Assembly (NCBI GenBank): GCA_036398775.1
Contig: DASWOJ010000137.1
Span: 1,284-65,283 of the forward strand
Origin: Acetobacteraceae bacterium
GTDB lineage: Bacteria > Pseudomonadota > Alphaproteobacteria > Acetobacterales > Acetobacteraceae
DNA length: 64,000 bases
Direction: 5' to 3'
Each line of letters opens with the position of its first letter. The stretch's first letter is position 1. A model generated the notes under the pieces. That model did no database searches and had not been told where the DNA came from. It saw only the letters and a list, made by a program, of their open reading frames with translations. The translations under genes and the position numbers were made by a program. This document shows, in pieces, positions 8,465 through 17,956 of this stretch.

Positions 8465-9834
8465 CAGCTGCGCGCCGCCATGCTGGACAGCGCCGCCCTA
8501 GCTTCGAGCAGGGCACGCGCTTGTCCGACCCAGTCCGCCATTGCCGCCTGCGCCGGGCCGGCCAGCCCGTCCAGCGCCTTCACCGCCCCGGCGAGGTCGC
8601 CGGCATCCAGCGCGGCGCGGGCACGGATAATGCGGCCAGCGAGCGGATCGCCCACCAGAACCCGGTCGCCTTGGCGCACGGTCACGGCCTGCTGCGCCCG
8701 GGCGACCAGGCGTTCGCCGAACGACCTGCTTTCCATGATCGCCGGCTGGCCTGCCTGTTCCGCCGCGTCGGCTGCGGCGTCGAAGGAGCGGCGCAGCTCC
8801 TGCTCGGTCTTGGCCGGCGCCGTCGCAAAGCGGGCGACCGCCGGGGGCGCCCCGGGGATGTCGCCCAGGGGCTGCCCGGACTCCAGGGCCGCCGTCGCCG
8901 CCTGCACGCGCACAACCCGGCCGGACCGCTCCGCGACGACGCCGATCTGGCTGGCGGTTTGCTTGGCCTGCTGGTCCACCGCGGCGATGCGGCCATCCAG
9001 CGAGTCCAACCGCCCGCCGAGGGCGGCGGCGTCGGCCCCCTGCTTGGCGATAACCGAATCCAGGCGTCCGCCCATCGCCGCCATATCCGACGTTGCCTTG
9101 GCGGTGAGCGAATCGAAGCGCCCGCTCGACGCGTTGGCGTCTGCCGCTTCCTTCGAGGCAAGCGAGTCCAAACGTCCACCCATGGCGGTGGCGTCCGCTG
9201 CCTGCTTCGAGGCCAACGCGTCCAGCCGTCCGCCGAGCGCGCCCGCATCCGCAGTCCCCTTGGCAGCCAGGGCGGCCAGGGTGTCCAGGCGCTGGGTCAG
9301 CGGCGCCGGGTCGAACGGCGGCGGCGGCGGCTTGCCTTCCAGCGCGGCGATGCGGTCCTCCATCGGCTTCAGGTCCACCGGCGGCGGCGGCGGCCGGGTC
9401 TCCAGGGCGCCGGTGCGCTTGTCCAGCAGCGCCAGGTCCGCCGCGGCGGCAGCGCCGGCACCAGCCGGACGCGCCTCCAGCTTCGCCAGCCGGTCGGCCA
9501 GCGTCTGCACCTGGCCCTGCAGGCCATCCACCCGCACGACTGCCTGCTGCGCCTCGGGCGGTGTCGCCGGATGGGAATACAGGTAGGCCAGGGTGCCACC
9601 CAGGATCACGAAGCCGAGCAGATACAGCAGCGGCAGCGGATCGCGCTGGAGCCGCTGGCCGAAGCCCTCCACCCCGGCCCGGCCGGACAGGCCCAAAGGC
9701 GTGGATGCCCCAGACGTGGATGATCCAGACGTGGATGCTCCAGCCGTGGATGCCCCAGGCGTGGGCGGGCCAGCCGGAGGTGTGCCGGAGGTGGAAGACT
9801 GCGACGGAGGGGAAGGCTTCTTGGGAGGGGTCAT
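8464..9834 (-). CDS. Mitofilin/Mic60-like (COG4223-type) membrane protein with internal 18-aa tandem repeats
   Basis: Pro/Ser-rich N-terminus, one TM (LLYLLGFVILGGTLAYLY), a coiled-coil region and a C-terminal mitofilin-like block (ARAALDAGDLAGAVKALDGL...). Located between hemD and hemY with 4-nt and 1-nt overlaps. Confidence 0.75.
   Translation of the reverse strand: MTPPKKPSPPSQSSTSGTPPAGPPTPGASTAGASTSGSSTSGASTPLGLSGRAGVEGFGQRLQRDPLPLLYLLGFVILGGTLAYLYSHPATPPEAQQAVVRVDGLQGQVQTLADRLAKLEARPAGAGAAAAADLALLDKRTGALETRPPPPPVDLKPMEDRIAALEGKPPPPPFDPAPLTQRLDTLAALAAKGTADAGALGGRLDALASKQAADATAMGGRLDSLASKEAADANASSGRFDSLTAKATSDMAAMGGRLDSVIAKQGADAAALGGRLDSLDGRIAAVDQQAKQTASQIGVVAERSGRVVRVQAATAALESGQPLGDIPGAPPAVARFATAPAKTEQELRRSFDAAADAAEQAGQPAIMESRSFGERLVARAQQAVTVRQGDRVLVGDPLAGRIIRARAALDAGDLAGAVKALDGLAGPAQAAMADWVGQARALLEARAALSSMAARS
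8985..9255. repeat. Five tandem 54-bp (18-aa) repeats inside the Mic60-like gene
   Basis: The protein repeat GGRLD(A/S)L(A/T)(S/A)K(Q/E/A)(A/G/T)(A/S)D(A/M)xA(M/S/L) occurs 5 times in register. The DNA period is 54 bp (units start near 9003, 9057, 9111, 9165 and 9219). Confidence 0.8.
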
Positions 9835-10553
9835 AGGAGTGCCATCACGGATGCCAATGTCGGCTTAGCTGACACGCGAACTCTGCGCCAGGGCAGGTAC
9901 GTCAGCACTTCGGCTGCGGGCTGTCCAATCGCCAGCGCCTCCACCCCGGCCAGGGCCGGACGCAGCCTATCGGGGAGCGCCCGCACGAAGGCGCGTGCGG
10001 TATCGGCGGACAGGAACATCGCGGACCCCAGGATGCCATCGGCCAGCGCGTGCCGGGCCGCCACGGGCAGGCCGCGGGCTGGCCGTGCGGCATACACAGC
10101 CCGGCGATGCACCCGGAACCCGCGCCCGCGCAGGTCGGCCGCAAGCGACCCGCCCTGTCCCGCCCCAGTCGCCAGCAGCAGCGCCGTCCCAGGCGGCAGC
10201 ACCTCCGCCGCCAATGCCGCAAGGGCGACGGCGTCCCCATCCCCGCTACACACATTCGTGAACCCTGCCGCCCGCGCCCGCGCCGCCGTCGCATCGCCAA
10301 CGGCCAGCAGCGGCAGCCCGTGCAGCCCGGCGGGCAACGGCGGCAGGGCGTTGCCGCTGGTCACGAGCACCGCGCGCACCACCGGACCCAGGCGCACCGG
10401 CAGGACAGCAATGTGCAGCATGGGGGCAAGGACCGGGGTCAAGCCAAGTGCCCTGATCCGTGCGGCAGTTTCGGAAGCGCCGGGTTCCGGCCGGGTGACC
10501 AGCACCGCCGAGCGCCCGCCTTGGCCGGCGTGCTGGGCGTCTGCGGCGGTCAT
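9831..10553 (-). CDS. hemD: Uroporphyrinogen-III synthase
   Basis: 240-aa ORF with the HemD pattern (VLVTRPEPGASETAARIRALG...VLVTSGNA...FLSADTARAF). Context is downstream of hemC. Confidence 0.8.
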   Translation of the reverse strand: MTAADAQHAGQGGRSAVLVTRPEPGASETAARIRALGLTPVLAPMLHIAVLPVRLGPVVRAVLVTSGNALPPLPAGLHGLPLLAVGDATAARARAAGFTNVCSGDGDAVALAALAAEVLPPGTALLLATGAGQGGSLAADLRGRGFRVHRRAVYAARPARGLPVAARHALADGILGSAMFLSADTARAFVRALPDRLRPALAGVEALAIGQPAAEVLTYLPWRRVRVSAKPTLASVMALL

Positions 10554-10696
10554 TGCGATGGATCGGGCGGCACGGCGGGACAGGATGGCATGGTGCAGGG
10601 CTTAGTCTGGCGGCGGCCGGATCACCAAGCCGCAAGCAGCCCGCAACGACGGTTCACAGCCGGCCTAAACGCCACGCCATCGAACGGAAGCAAGGG

Positions 10697-11758
10697 TCAG
10701 CCGAAGATGTCGCGCGGGCTGTCCGCCCGCAGGCTGGCACCCAGCTCCGCCCCCAGCCGAGCCGCGTCCGCGGCCGCTCCGTGCAGGCTGCGCTTGAGCA
10801 AGAAGGACCCGTCGGCCCGCGCCACCAGCCCCGTCAGGTGCAGCTCGGGCGCCGTGCCAGCAACCGCCGGCAGCAGCCGGGCATGGCCGCCGATCGGCGT
10901 GCGGCAGGACCCGTCCAGCAGCGCCAGCAGCGACCGCTCGGCGGTGGACACGGCGCGAGCCTCCGGGTCCTCGATCCCCGCTAGTAGGTCGTGCAGTTGG
11001 TGGTCGTCGGCCCGGGTGGTGATCCCGACGATGCCCTGCCCGGCGGAGGGCACCATCGCGTCGGGGTCCAACGCCATCATCGTATCGTCCTCCAGCCCCA
11101 GGCGGCGCAGCCCGGCCACCGCCAGCAGCGACGCGGCGCAGTCCCCGCGCACCACCTTGGCGATCCGCGGCTGCACGTTGCCGCGCATCAGCGCCATCCG
11201 CAGGTCCGGCCGCGCGTGCAGCAACTGCGCCTGCCGCCGCAGCGAGTTGGTGCCGATCACCGCGCCCGCCGGCAGCACCGACAGCGGATCGCCGGGCTTC
11301 TGCGGCAGGCATTGCGGCCCGAGGATCAGCGCATCCCGCGCATCCTCCCGCCGCAAGGTGCAGGCCAGCACGATGCCAGGCGGCAACTCGGTCTCCAGGT
11401 CCTTGAGGCTATGGACGGCGAAGTCTATGCGGCCGTCCAGCAGGGCCTCGTGGATTTCCTTGCTGAACAAGCCCTTGCCGCCGATGTCGGCCAGCGCCCG
11501 GTCCTGCACCTGGTCCCCGGTGGTGCGTATGATGTGCTGCTGGAACACCTGCTCGTCCCGGAACCCCGGCGCCAGCACCGGGCAGAACCGCGCCAGCAGC
11601 GCCAGGAAGATGCGCGTCTGCGTCAGCGCCAACGGCGACCCGCGGGTGCCGACCCGCAACGGCAGGGAACGCTGGTAATGGGTGGTCCGCGTCGCCAGGG
11701 TCGGTGAGAGCAGCAGGTGCGCAGGTATGTCGCGCTCGGGGTGTGCGTCAGGCATCAA
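10697..11758 (-). CDS. hemC: Hydroxymethylbilane synthase (porphobilinogen deaminase)
   Basis: Carries LRVGTRGSPLALTQT, GGKGLFSKEIHEALL and the SCRTPIGG dipyrromethane-cysteine motif. The ~40-aa N-terminal extension makes the start uncertain. Confidence 0.9.
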   Translation of the reverse strand: MMPDAHPERDIPAHLLLSPTLATRTTHYQRSLPLRVGTRGSPLALTQTRIFLALLARFCPVLAPGFRDEQVFQQHIIRTTGDQVQDRALADIGGKGLFSKEIHEALLDGRIDFAVHSLKDLETELPPGIVLACTLRREDARDALILGPQCLPQKPGDPLSVLPAGAVIGTNSLRRQAQLLHARPDLRMALMRGNVQPRIAKVVRGDCAASLLAVAGLRRLGLEDDTMMALDPDAMVPSAGQGIVGITTRADDHQLHDLLAGIEDPEARAVSTAERSLLALLDGSCRTPIGGHARLLPAVAGTAPELHLTGLVARADGSFLLKRSLHGAAADAARLGAELGASLRADSPRDIFG

Positions 11759-11799
11759 GGTGTCCTATGAGATCAGGCCCACTAAGGAAAGCCTAACCC

Positions 11800-12897
11800 A
11801 TGCAATCTGCTGATGCGCAGCCCGGCGGTTCCGGGGTGCGCCACTGGTTCGGTCCGGTAATTGGGATCGAATCCTCCTGTGACGAGACCGCATGTGCCGT
11901 GCTGGACCCGCATGGCTCCATCCTGGCCGAAGCGGTGCTGAGCCAACAGGCCGACCACGCCCGGTTCGGCGGCGTCGTGCCGGAGATCGCCGCCCGCGCG
12001 CACCTCGCCCACCTGCCGGCGCTGGCGGGTCGCGTCATGGCGGAGGCCGGGGTCAGGTATGCCGACCTCGGCGGCGTCGCGGCTACCTGCGGGCCAGGGC
12101 TGATCGGCGGCCTGATCGTCGGCGCCGGGTTCGGCAAGGGGGTGGCGCTGGCGCACGGCCTGCCGTTCGTCGCGGTGAACCACTTGGAGGCCCACGCGCT
12201 CACCGCCCGCCTCCCCGGCCTGGTGCCCGGCGGCGCGCCGTTCCCCTACCTGCTCCTGCTGCTGTCCGGCGGGCATTGCCAGTGCGTCGCCGTGGACGGG
12301 GTGGGACGCTACCGCAAGCTCGGCGGCACCATTGACGACGCGGTAGGTGAGGCGTTCGACAAGGTCGGCAAGCTGCTCGGCCTGCCCTGGCCCGGCGGCC
12401 CTGCGTTGGAGCGGCTGGCCGCGGGCGGCGACTCGGCCCGCCAACCCTTCCCGCGGCCCTTGCTGGGACGGGCAGGGTGCGACTTCAGCTTCTCCGGCTT
12501 GAAGACCGCCGTGGCACAACGGGTCGCCAAGCTGTCGCCGCTGTCGGACCGGGACGCCGCCGACATCGCCGCCGGCTTCCAGCGCGCCGTCGCCGACGTG
12601 CTGGCGGATCGGGCGGCGCACGCCCTGGTGATGATGCCGGAGGCGCGGCTACTGGTCGTGGCCGGCGGGGTCGCGGCGAATGCGTCGGTGCGGGCGGCGT
12701 TGACGGGCGCCGCGGCCGGGGCAGGGGTGCCGATGGTCGCGCCCCCCATACGCCTCTGCACCGACAACGCCGTCATGGTGGCCTGGGCAGGGATCGAACG
12801 CCTGCGCCTCGGCCTGACCGACCCCCTGGACACGGCGCCCCGCCCCCGCTGGCCCCTGGCCGATCTCATGCCCGCCCCGGAACAGATACCCGGATGA
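11800..12897 (+). CDS. tsaD: tRNA N6-adenosine threonylcarbamoyltransferase
   Basis: VIGIESSCDETACAVL and the HLEAH motif are present. The start could be a few codons downstream of 11800. Confidence 0.9.
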   Translation: MQSADAQPGGSGVRHWFGPVIGIESSCDETACAVLDPHGSILAEAVLSQQADHARFGGVVPEIAARAHLAHLPALAGRVMAEAGVRYADLGGVAATCGPGLIGGLIVGAGFGKGVALAHGLPFVAVNHLEAHALTARLPGLVPGGAPFPYLLLLLSGGHCQCVAVDGVGRYRKLGGTIDDAVGEAFDKVGKLLGLPWPGGPALERLAAGGDSARQPFPRPLLGRAGCDFSFSGLKTAVAQRVAKLSPLSDRDAADIAAGFQRAVADVLADRAAHALVMMPEARLLVVAGGVAANASVRAALTGAAAGAGVPMVAPPIRLCTDNAVMVAWAGIERLRLGLTDPLDTAPRPRWPLADLMPAPEQIPG

Positions 12898-12906
12898 GAA
12901 ATGCCG

Positions 12907-13054
12907 CTCTTCTCCCTCTCCCTCCGGGAGAGGGCCGGGGTGAGGGAAGCCACAAGCGCCGTCCCTGGCCAGCAATAGCCCAAACCCGGCAGCAGCGCCT
13001 CGCTCCGCAACCAAGACCCCCCCACCCCAACCCTCTCCCGCAGGGAAAGGGAGC
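12907..13054. repeat. Palindromic-end repeat element, copy A (REP/MITE-like)
   Basis: Left arm is CCCTCTCCCTCCGGGAGAGGGCCGGGGTGAGGG. Right arm is CCCCACCCCAACCCTCTCCCGCAGGGAAAGGGAG, an inverted-complement type. Intergenic between tsaD and rlmJ. Confidence 0.85.
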
Positions 13055-13078
13055 ACCAACCACCCCGCCCCCGCCCGG

Positions 13079-13894
13079 ATGAACTACCGCCACGCCTACC
13101 ACGCCGGCAACTTTGCCGACTGCATGAAGCACGCCCTGCTCGCCTGGATGCTGGACGCGCTGGCCCGCAAGCCCGCGCCGTTCTTCGTGCTTGACACCCA
13201 CGCCGGCCGCGGCCAGTACGACCTGCTGGCCGACCCAGCCGAGCGCACCGGCGAGTGGCGGGACGGCATCGCCCGCCTCCTCGGCGACCCGCCGCCGCCC
13301 CTGGCCGCCTACGCCGCCCTGGTGGAACGCCTTGGCCTCTACCCCGGCTCCCCCCGCCTGATCCGCGCCCTGCTACGCCCCGATGACCGCCTAGCCTGCT
13401 GCGAACTCCACCCGGAGGACCACCGCGACCTAGCCCGCCTGTTCCGCGGCGACCGTCAAGTGGCGGTCCACCTGCGCGACGGCTGGGAGGCATTGCGCGC
13501 CTTGCTCCCCCCAACGCAAAAGCGTGGCCTGGTGCTGCTGGACCCGCCCTACGAGGCGCCCGGCGAGTTCGGGCGTGTGCTCGCCGGCCTGCGGACGGCC
13601 TCGGCCCGCTTCGGCACCGCCGTGCTGGCGGCCTGGTATCCCATCAAGCACCGCAGCCCCGTCACCACCTTCCTCGAGGGCGTGCGCCTGTCCCCCCTGC
13701 GCGACTGCGTGACCGCCGAGCTATGGCTGCGCGAGCCGACCGACCCCACCCGCCTGAACGGCTGCGGCCTGCTGGTCCGCAATCCGCCGTGGGGGTTCGA
13801 GGCCGCCGCGTCCGACATGCTGGCGGCGCTGCTGGGCCGGATCGACACCGGCGCGGGCGCCGGCTCGGCGGTGGTGCGCGTGACGGATGAGTAG
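13079..13894 (+). CDS. rlmJ: 23S rRNA (adenine2030-N6)-methyltransferase
   Basis: The MNYRHAYHAGNFADCMKH N-terminus and LLDPPYE motif are RlmJ hallmarks. Confidence 0.85.
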   Translation: MNYRHAYHAGNFADCMKHALLAWMLDALARKPAPFFVLDTHAGRGQYDLLADPAERTGEWRDGIARLLGDPPPPLAAYAALVERLGLYPGSPRLIRALLRPDDRLACCELHPEDHRDLARLFRGDRQVAVHLRDGWEALRALLPPTQKRGLVLLDPPYEAPGEFGRVLAGLRTASARFGTAVLAAWYPIKHRSPVTTFLEGVRLSPLRDCVTAELWLREPTDPTRLNGCGLLVRNPPWGFEAAASDMLAALLGRIDTGAGAGSAVVRVTDE

Positions 13895-14840
13895 CGTCGC
13901 CATCGTCGGCGCCGGCGCCTGGGGAACGGCGCTGGCGATCCAGGCGGCGCGGGCCGGATGCGACGTGTCGCTCTGGGCGCGTGACCCGGCGCCGCTGCGC
14001 GCCACGCGGTGCAGCCCGCATCTGCCGGGCCATCGCCTGCCGGATGCGGTCGCCATTTCGGACGCCTTGCCCGGCCCTGGCCCGGACGCGGTCTTGCTGG
14101 CCGTGCCGGTGCAGCATCTCCGAGCCGTCGCCGCCGGGCTGCGGACGCCGGCGCCGCTGGTCGCCTGCTGCAAGGGGATCGAGGCCGGCACCGGCCGCCT
14201 GCCGTTGGAAATCCTGGCGGGGCTGCATCCGGCCTGCCCGGGCGCCGTGCTGACCGGCCCCAACTTCGCGCACGAGGTCGCAGCCGGCCTGCCCGCCGCC
14301 GCCGTGCTGGCCTGCGCCGCCCCGGACCTGCGGGCACGCCTGGCCGGTTTGCTCGCCAGCCCGGCCTTCCGCGTTTACGGCGGTGACGATCCGCTGGGCG
14401 CCGGGCTGGGCGGCGCGGCAAAGAACGTCGTCGCCATCGCGGCCGGTGCCGTGATGGGAGCCGGATTGGGTGAGAACGCCCGAGCCGCGCTCATCACCCG
14501 CGGACTTGCCGAGCTGTCCCGCCTGGTGGTCGCCGGCGGGGGCCGCGCGGAAACGGTGGCGGGGCTGTCCGGCCTGGGCGACCTGCTGCTGACCTGCACC
14601 GGCGGAGCCAGCCGCAACTACACGCTCGGCCTGGCGCTGGGCCGCGGCGAGGCGCTGGCCGAGGTGCTGGCCGGGCGCCGCGGCGTCACGGAGGGCGTCG
14701 CGACCGCCCCCGCGCTGCTGGCCCGTGCCGCAGGGGTTGACCTGCCGGTCTGCACCGCAGTCGCCGCGCTCCTAGCCGGCCAGACAACCCTGGACGGCGC
14801 CATCACGGCGCTGCTGGCCCGGCCAAGGCGAGACGAATGA
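13887..14840 (+). CDS. gpsA: NAD(P)H-dependent glycerol-3-phosphate dehydrogenase
   Basis: VAIVGAGAWGTALA Rossmann motif, AAKNVVAIAAG, and an 8-nt overlap with rlmJ. Confidence 0.9.
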   Translation: MSSVAIVGAGAWGTALAIQAARAGCDVSLWARDPAPLRATRCSPHLPGHRLPDAVAISDALPGPGPDAVLLAVPVQHLRAVAAGLRTPAPLVACCKGIEAGTGRLPLEILAGLHPACPGAVLTGPNFAHEVAAGLPAAAVLACAAPDLRARLAGLLASPAFRVYGGDDPLGAGLGGAAKNVVAIAAGAVMGAGLGENARAALITRGLAELSRLVVAGGGRAETVAGLSGLGDLLLTCTGGASRNYTLGLALGRGEALAEVLAGRRGVTEGVATAPALLARAAGVDLPVCTAVAALLAGQTTLDGAITALLARPRRDE

Positions 14841-14857
14841 TCCGATCTTCTGTCCGC

Positions 14858-15007
14858 TCCCTTCTCCCTCTCCCTCCGGGAGAGGGTCGGGGTGAGGGAA
14901 AGGCCGCCAGCACCAAACCCGGCCCTCGACGGCACGGTCGCGCGTCGCACCGTCATCTGGCCCTTGCGGCTTCCCTCACCCCGGCCCTTTCCCGAAGGGA
15001 GAGGGGG
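14858..15007. repeat. Palindromic-end repeat element, copy B
   Basis: Left arm is CCCTCTCCCTCCGGGAGAGGGTCGGGGTGAGGG. Right arm is CCCTCACCCCGGCCCTTTCCCGAAGGGAGAGGGGG. Intergenic between gpsA and murJ. Confidence 0.85.
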
Positions 15008-15069
15008 CAGTGCGCCCTTGCCCAATCCTTGCCGGCGCCTGCCGCGCATCGTCCAGGTCCTTGCCCAAC

Positions 15070-16614
15070 ATGATCCGCGGCATCCTGACCATCGGCGGCT
15101 GGACCATGGTCAGCCGCGTCCTGGGCTTCCTGCGCGACGTGCAGATCGCCGCGCTGCTGGGCACCGGACCCGTCGCGGATGCCTTCTTCATCGCCTTCAA
15201 GGCCCCCAACCTGTTCCGCCGCCTGTTCGGCGAGGGCGCGTTCAATGCCGCCTTCGTGCCCGAGTTCTCCGGCATCCTCGCCACCGAGGGCCGCGACGAA
15301 GCCCGGCGCTTCGCCCAGGAAGCCATCGCCGTACTGGCCTTCTGGCTGGCGGCTCTGACCGTCGCGGGCCTCGTGCTCATGCCCTTCATCATGGCGTGGC
15401 TGGCGCCGGGCTTCGCCGAGGTGCCCGGCAAGATGGAGCTGACCGTCACCCTGGCGCGGATCATGTTCCCCTACTTGTTCCTGATCTGCCTGGCGGCGCT
15501 GCTGTCCGGGGTGCTGAACGGGCTGGACCGCTTCGCCGCCGCCGCCGCCGCCCCCGTGGTGCTGAACGGCGTGTCCATCGCCTCCATGTCGGTGCTGTCG
15601 CCCCTGGTGCCGACGGTGGGCCACGCCCTGGCCTGGGGCGTCACCGCGGCCGGAGTGCTGCAACTCGTGCTGCTGGGAGTGGCGGTGCGCCGGGCGGGGA
15701 TGCGGCTGCGGGTGCCGGTGCCGCGGCTGACGCCACGCATGCGGCTGCTGCTGCGGCGCATGGGGCCGGGGCTGGTGGGCGCGGGGGTCACGCAGCTCAA
15801 CCAAACCGTGGACATCATCATCGTCAGCCTGCTCCCAGCCGGCGCGGCGTCGCTGCTGTACTATGCGGAGCGGGTGTATCAGCTTCCGCTCGGCGTCATC
15901 GGCACCGCGGTCGGCACCGCGCTGCTGCCGCTGCTGTCCCGCCAGGCCCGGTCCGGAGACGTCGCGGGCGCCGTGGCGTCCATGAACCGGGCGCTGGAGG
16001 TCACGCTGGTCCTGACCCTGCCGGCCGCGCTGGCGCTGGCGGTGGCGGGCGGCCCGATCATGCTGGTGCTGTTCGGCCGCGGCGCCTTCGACCCCGCCGC
16101 CGCGAGGCTCAGCGCGCAATCGCTCGCGGCCTACGCGCTGGGGCTGCCGTCCATCGTGCTGCTGAAGGTGCTGGTCCCTGCCTTCTTCGCCCACGGCGAC
16201 ACCGGGACGCCGGTGCGGGTGGGCATGGGCGCCATCGCGCTCAACCTGCTGCTGAACCTGCTGTTCATGGTGCCGCTGCAGCACATCGGCCCGGCGCTGG
16301 CGACCAGCCTGTCCGCCATCGTCAACGCCGCCGCGCTGGGCGTTATCCTGTGGCGCCGCGGCCAATTGGCGCCGGATGCCCGGGTACGCCGCCGTCTGCC
16401 GCGCATGGCCCTGGCGGCGGCTGCGATGGCGCTGGTGCTCTGGTATGGCGAGGACACGGTGTTCGCCGCCGCCGGCAGCGTCGCCGGGCTGCGCTGGGGC
16501 GCGCTGGCGGTGGTGGTGGCGGGCGGAATGGCGGCCTACGGGGTCGCCGGGCAACTCCTGGGCGCGTTCGACGGGCGGGAGCTGCTGCGCATGGTGCGGC
16601 GACGCGGGCGGTAG
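15070..16614 (+). CDS. murJ: Lipid II flippase MurJ (MviN)
   Basis: Trimmed from ORF 15010..16614 to the ATG at 15070 (MIRGILTIGGWTMVSRVLGFLRDV). A multi-TM protein with FNAAFVPEF and LLYYAERVYQLPLGV motifs. Confidence 0.9.
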   Translation: MIRGILTIGGWTMVSRVLGFLRDVQIAALLGTGPVADAFFIAFKAPNLFRRLFGEGAFNAAFVPEFSGILATEGRDEARRFAQEAIAVLAFWLAALTVAGLVLMPFIMAWLAPGFAEVPGKMELTVTLARIMFPYLFLICLAALLSGVLNGLDRFAAAAAAPVVLNGVSIASMSVLSPLVPTVGHALAWGVTAAGVLQLVLLGVAVRRAGMRLRVPVPRLTPRMRLLLRRMGPGLVGAGVTQLNQTVDIIIVSLLPAGAASLLYYAERVYQLPLGVIGTAVGTALLPLLSRQARSGDVAGAVASMNRALEVTLVLTLPAALALAVAGGPIMLVLFGRGAFDPAAARLSAQSLAAYALGLPSIVLLKVLVPAFFAHGDTGTPVRVGMGAIALNLLLNLLFMVPLQHIGPALATSLSAIVNAAALGVILWRRGQLAPDARVRRRLPRMALAAAAMALVLWYGEDTVFAAAGSVAGLRWGALAVVVAGGMAAYGVAGQLLGAFDGRELLRMVRRRGR

Positions 16615-16779
16615 GACACATCGCAGCCCAGTCCGGACGCGAAGCAGCCATGCCTCAAGCTGCGCGCACCCACCCGCAAGTGAGCCGCAGCGGCAGGCGG
16701 CTGCACCCGGACGCGGCCCGATCCATTCCCTAACCAGCCAGCCCTTGACCAGCCAGCCCCGCCCGCACAGAACCCGGCC

Positions 16780-17778
16780 ATGCAACGCATCTTCTCCGGC
16801 ATCCAGCCGTCCGGCATCCCCCACCTCGGCAACTATCTCGGCGCCATACGCAACTGGGTGGCGCTGCAGCGGGACCACGAGTGCCTGTACTGCGTCGTGG
16901 ACCTGCACGCGATTACCGCATGGCAGGACCCGCGCACCCTGGCCGCCGCAACGCGGGAACTCGCGGCGTCGCTGATCGCCTGCGGCATAGACCCCGCGGC
17001 GCACGTCCTGTTCAACCAGTCCGCCGTCCACGCCCACGTCCGCCTTGCCTGGATTTTTACTTGTGTCGCCCGCATGGGCTGGCTGAACCGGATGACGCAG
17101 TTCAAGGATAAGGCGGGCAAGGACCGCGAGCAGGTCTCGACCGGGCTGTTCGTCTATCCCAACCTGATGGCCGCCGACATCCACGCCTATCACGCGACCC
17201 GGGTGCCGGTGGGCGACGACCAGCGGCAGCACTTGGAGCTGGCGAACGACATCGCCGCCAAGTTCAACCATGACTACGAGGTGGAGTTCTTCCCGCAGGT
17301 CGAGGCGCTGATCCTCGGCCCGGCGGCACGGGTCATGAGCCTGCGCGACGGCTCCAGGAAGATGTCGAAATCCGACCCGTCCGACCAGAGCCGCATCAAC
17401 CTGACCGACGACGCCGACACGATCGCCCTCAAGATACGCCGCGCCCGCACCGACGCCGAGCCGCTGCCGAACGAGGCCGAGGGCCTGGAAGGCCGGCCAG
17501 AGGCGCGCAACCTCGTCGGCATCATGGCGGCGCTGCTGGAAACCGACCCGGCCGGAGTGTTGCGGGAGCACGGCGGCAAAGGCTTCGGCGTGTTCAAGGA
17601 AGCCTTGGCCGAGGTCGTAGTCGCCCACCTGGCGCCCATAGCTGCTGAAACCCGCCGGCTCCTGGCCGATCCCAGCGCAGTGGACGCCATACTCCGCAAC
17701 GGCGCCGCCCGCGCGGCCTCCATCGCCGACCCCATCGTCGCAGAAGCCGAGCGCCTTGTCGGCTTCCTCCGCCCATAA
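16780..17778 (+). CDS. trpS: Tryptophan--tRNA ligase
   Basis: Class I aaRS motifs HLGNYLG (HIGH-type) and KMSKS are present. Confidence 0.92.
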   Translation: MQRIFSGIQPSGIPHLGNYLGAIRNWVALQRDHECLYCVVDLHAITAWQDPRTLAAATRELAASLIACGIDPAAHVLFNQSAVHAHVRLAWIFTCVARMGWLNRMTQFKDKAGKDREQVSTGLFVYPNLMAADIHAYHATRVPVGDDQRQHLELANDIAAKFNHDYEVEFFPQVEALILGPAARVMSLRDGSRKMSKSDPSDQSRINLTDDADTIALKIRRARTDAEPLPNEAEGLEGRPEARNLVGIMAALLETDPAGVLREHGGKGFGVFKEALAEVVVAHLAPIAAETRRLLADPSAVDAILRNGAARAASIADPIVAEAERLVGFLRP

Positions 17779-17787
17779 CCCCCTTGC

Positions 17788-17938
17788 TGTTCTCCCTCTT
17801 CCTCCGGGAGAGAGCCGGGGTAAGGGAAGCCGAAGGCGCCAAGCCCGGCCGACGGGCAAGCCGCCCCGCTTTGGATGGAGAAGGACAGCCCGTGTGGCCT
17901 TTCCCTCACCCCAACCCTCTCCCGGAGGGAGAGGGAGC
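17788..17938. repeat. Palindromic-end repeat element, copy C
   Basis: Left arm is CCCTCTTCCTCCGGGAGAGAGCCGGGGTAAGGG. Right arm is CCCTCACCCCAACCCTCTCCCGGAGGGAGAGGGAG. Intergenic between trpS and paaX. Confidence 0.85.
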
Positions 17939-17956
17939 AGCAAGCAAGCCTAGGCC

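Noticed and set aside
7538-9586. 682-aa plus-strand ORF opposite hemY-like and Mic60-like genes. Analogous giants are 31901..34810, 36628..39396, 39080..41431, 53053..54417 and 22077..23354.
   Set aside because: All are antisense or out of frame relative to genes with strong family motifs. They have R/G/P/A-dominated composition and no recognisable domains. They are treated as GC artefacts.
12309-13514. ORFs crossing the repeat elements (also 14618..15049, 17784..18044, 20442..20774, 21958..22158) that encode recurring peptides such as PLPPGEGRGEG or LSLRERAGVRG
   Set aside because: The recurring peptide is simply the translation of the palindromic repeat arms in different frames. The ORFs bridge intergenic DNA and overlap well-supported genes.
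14953-17943. 996-aa ORF on the minus strand, the longest in this part of the track
   Set aside because: It is entirely antisense to murJ and trpS, which have unmistakable motifs. Its translation is Arg/Gly/Ala/Pro-rich low complexity with no domain pattern. This is a typical stop-codon-poor antisense frame in ~70% GC DNA.
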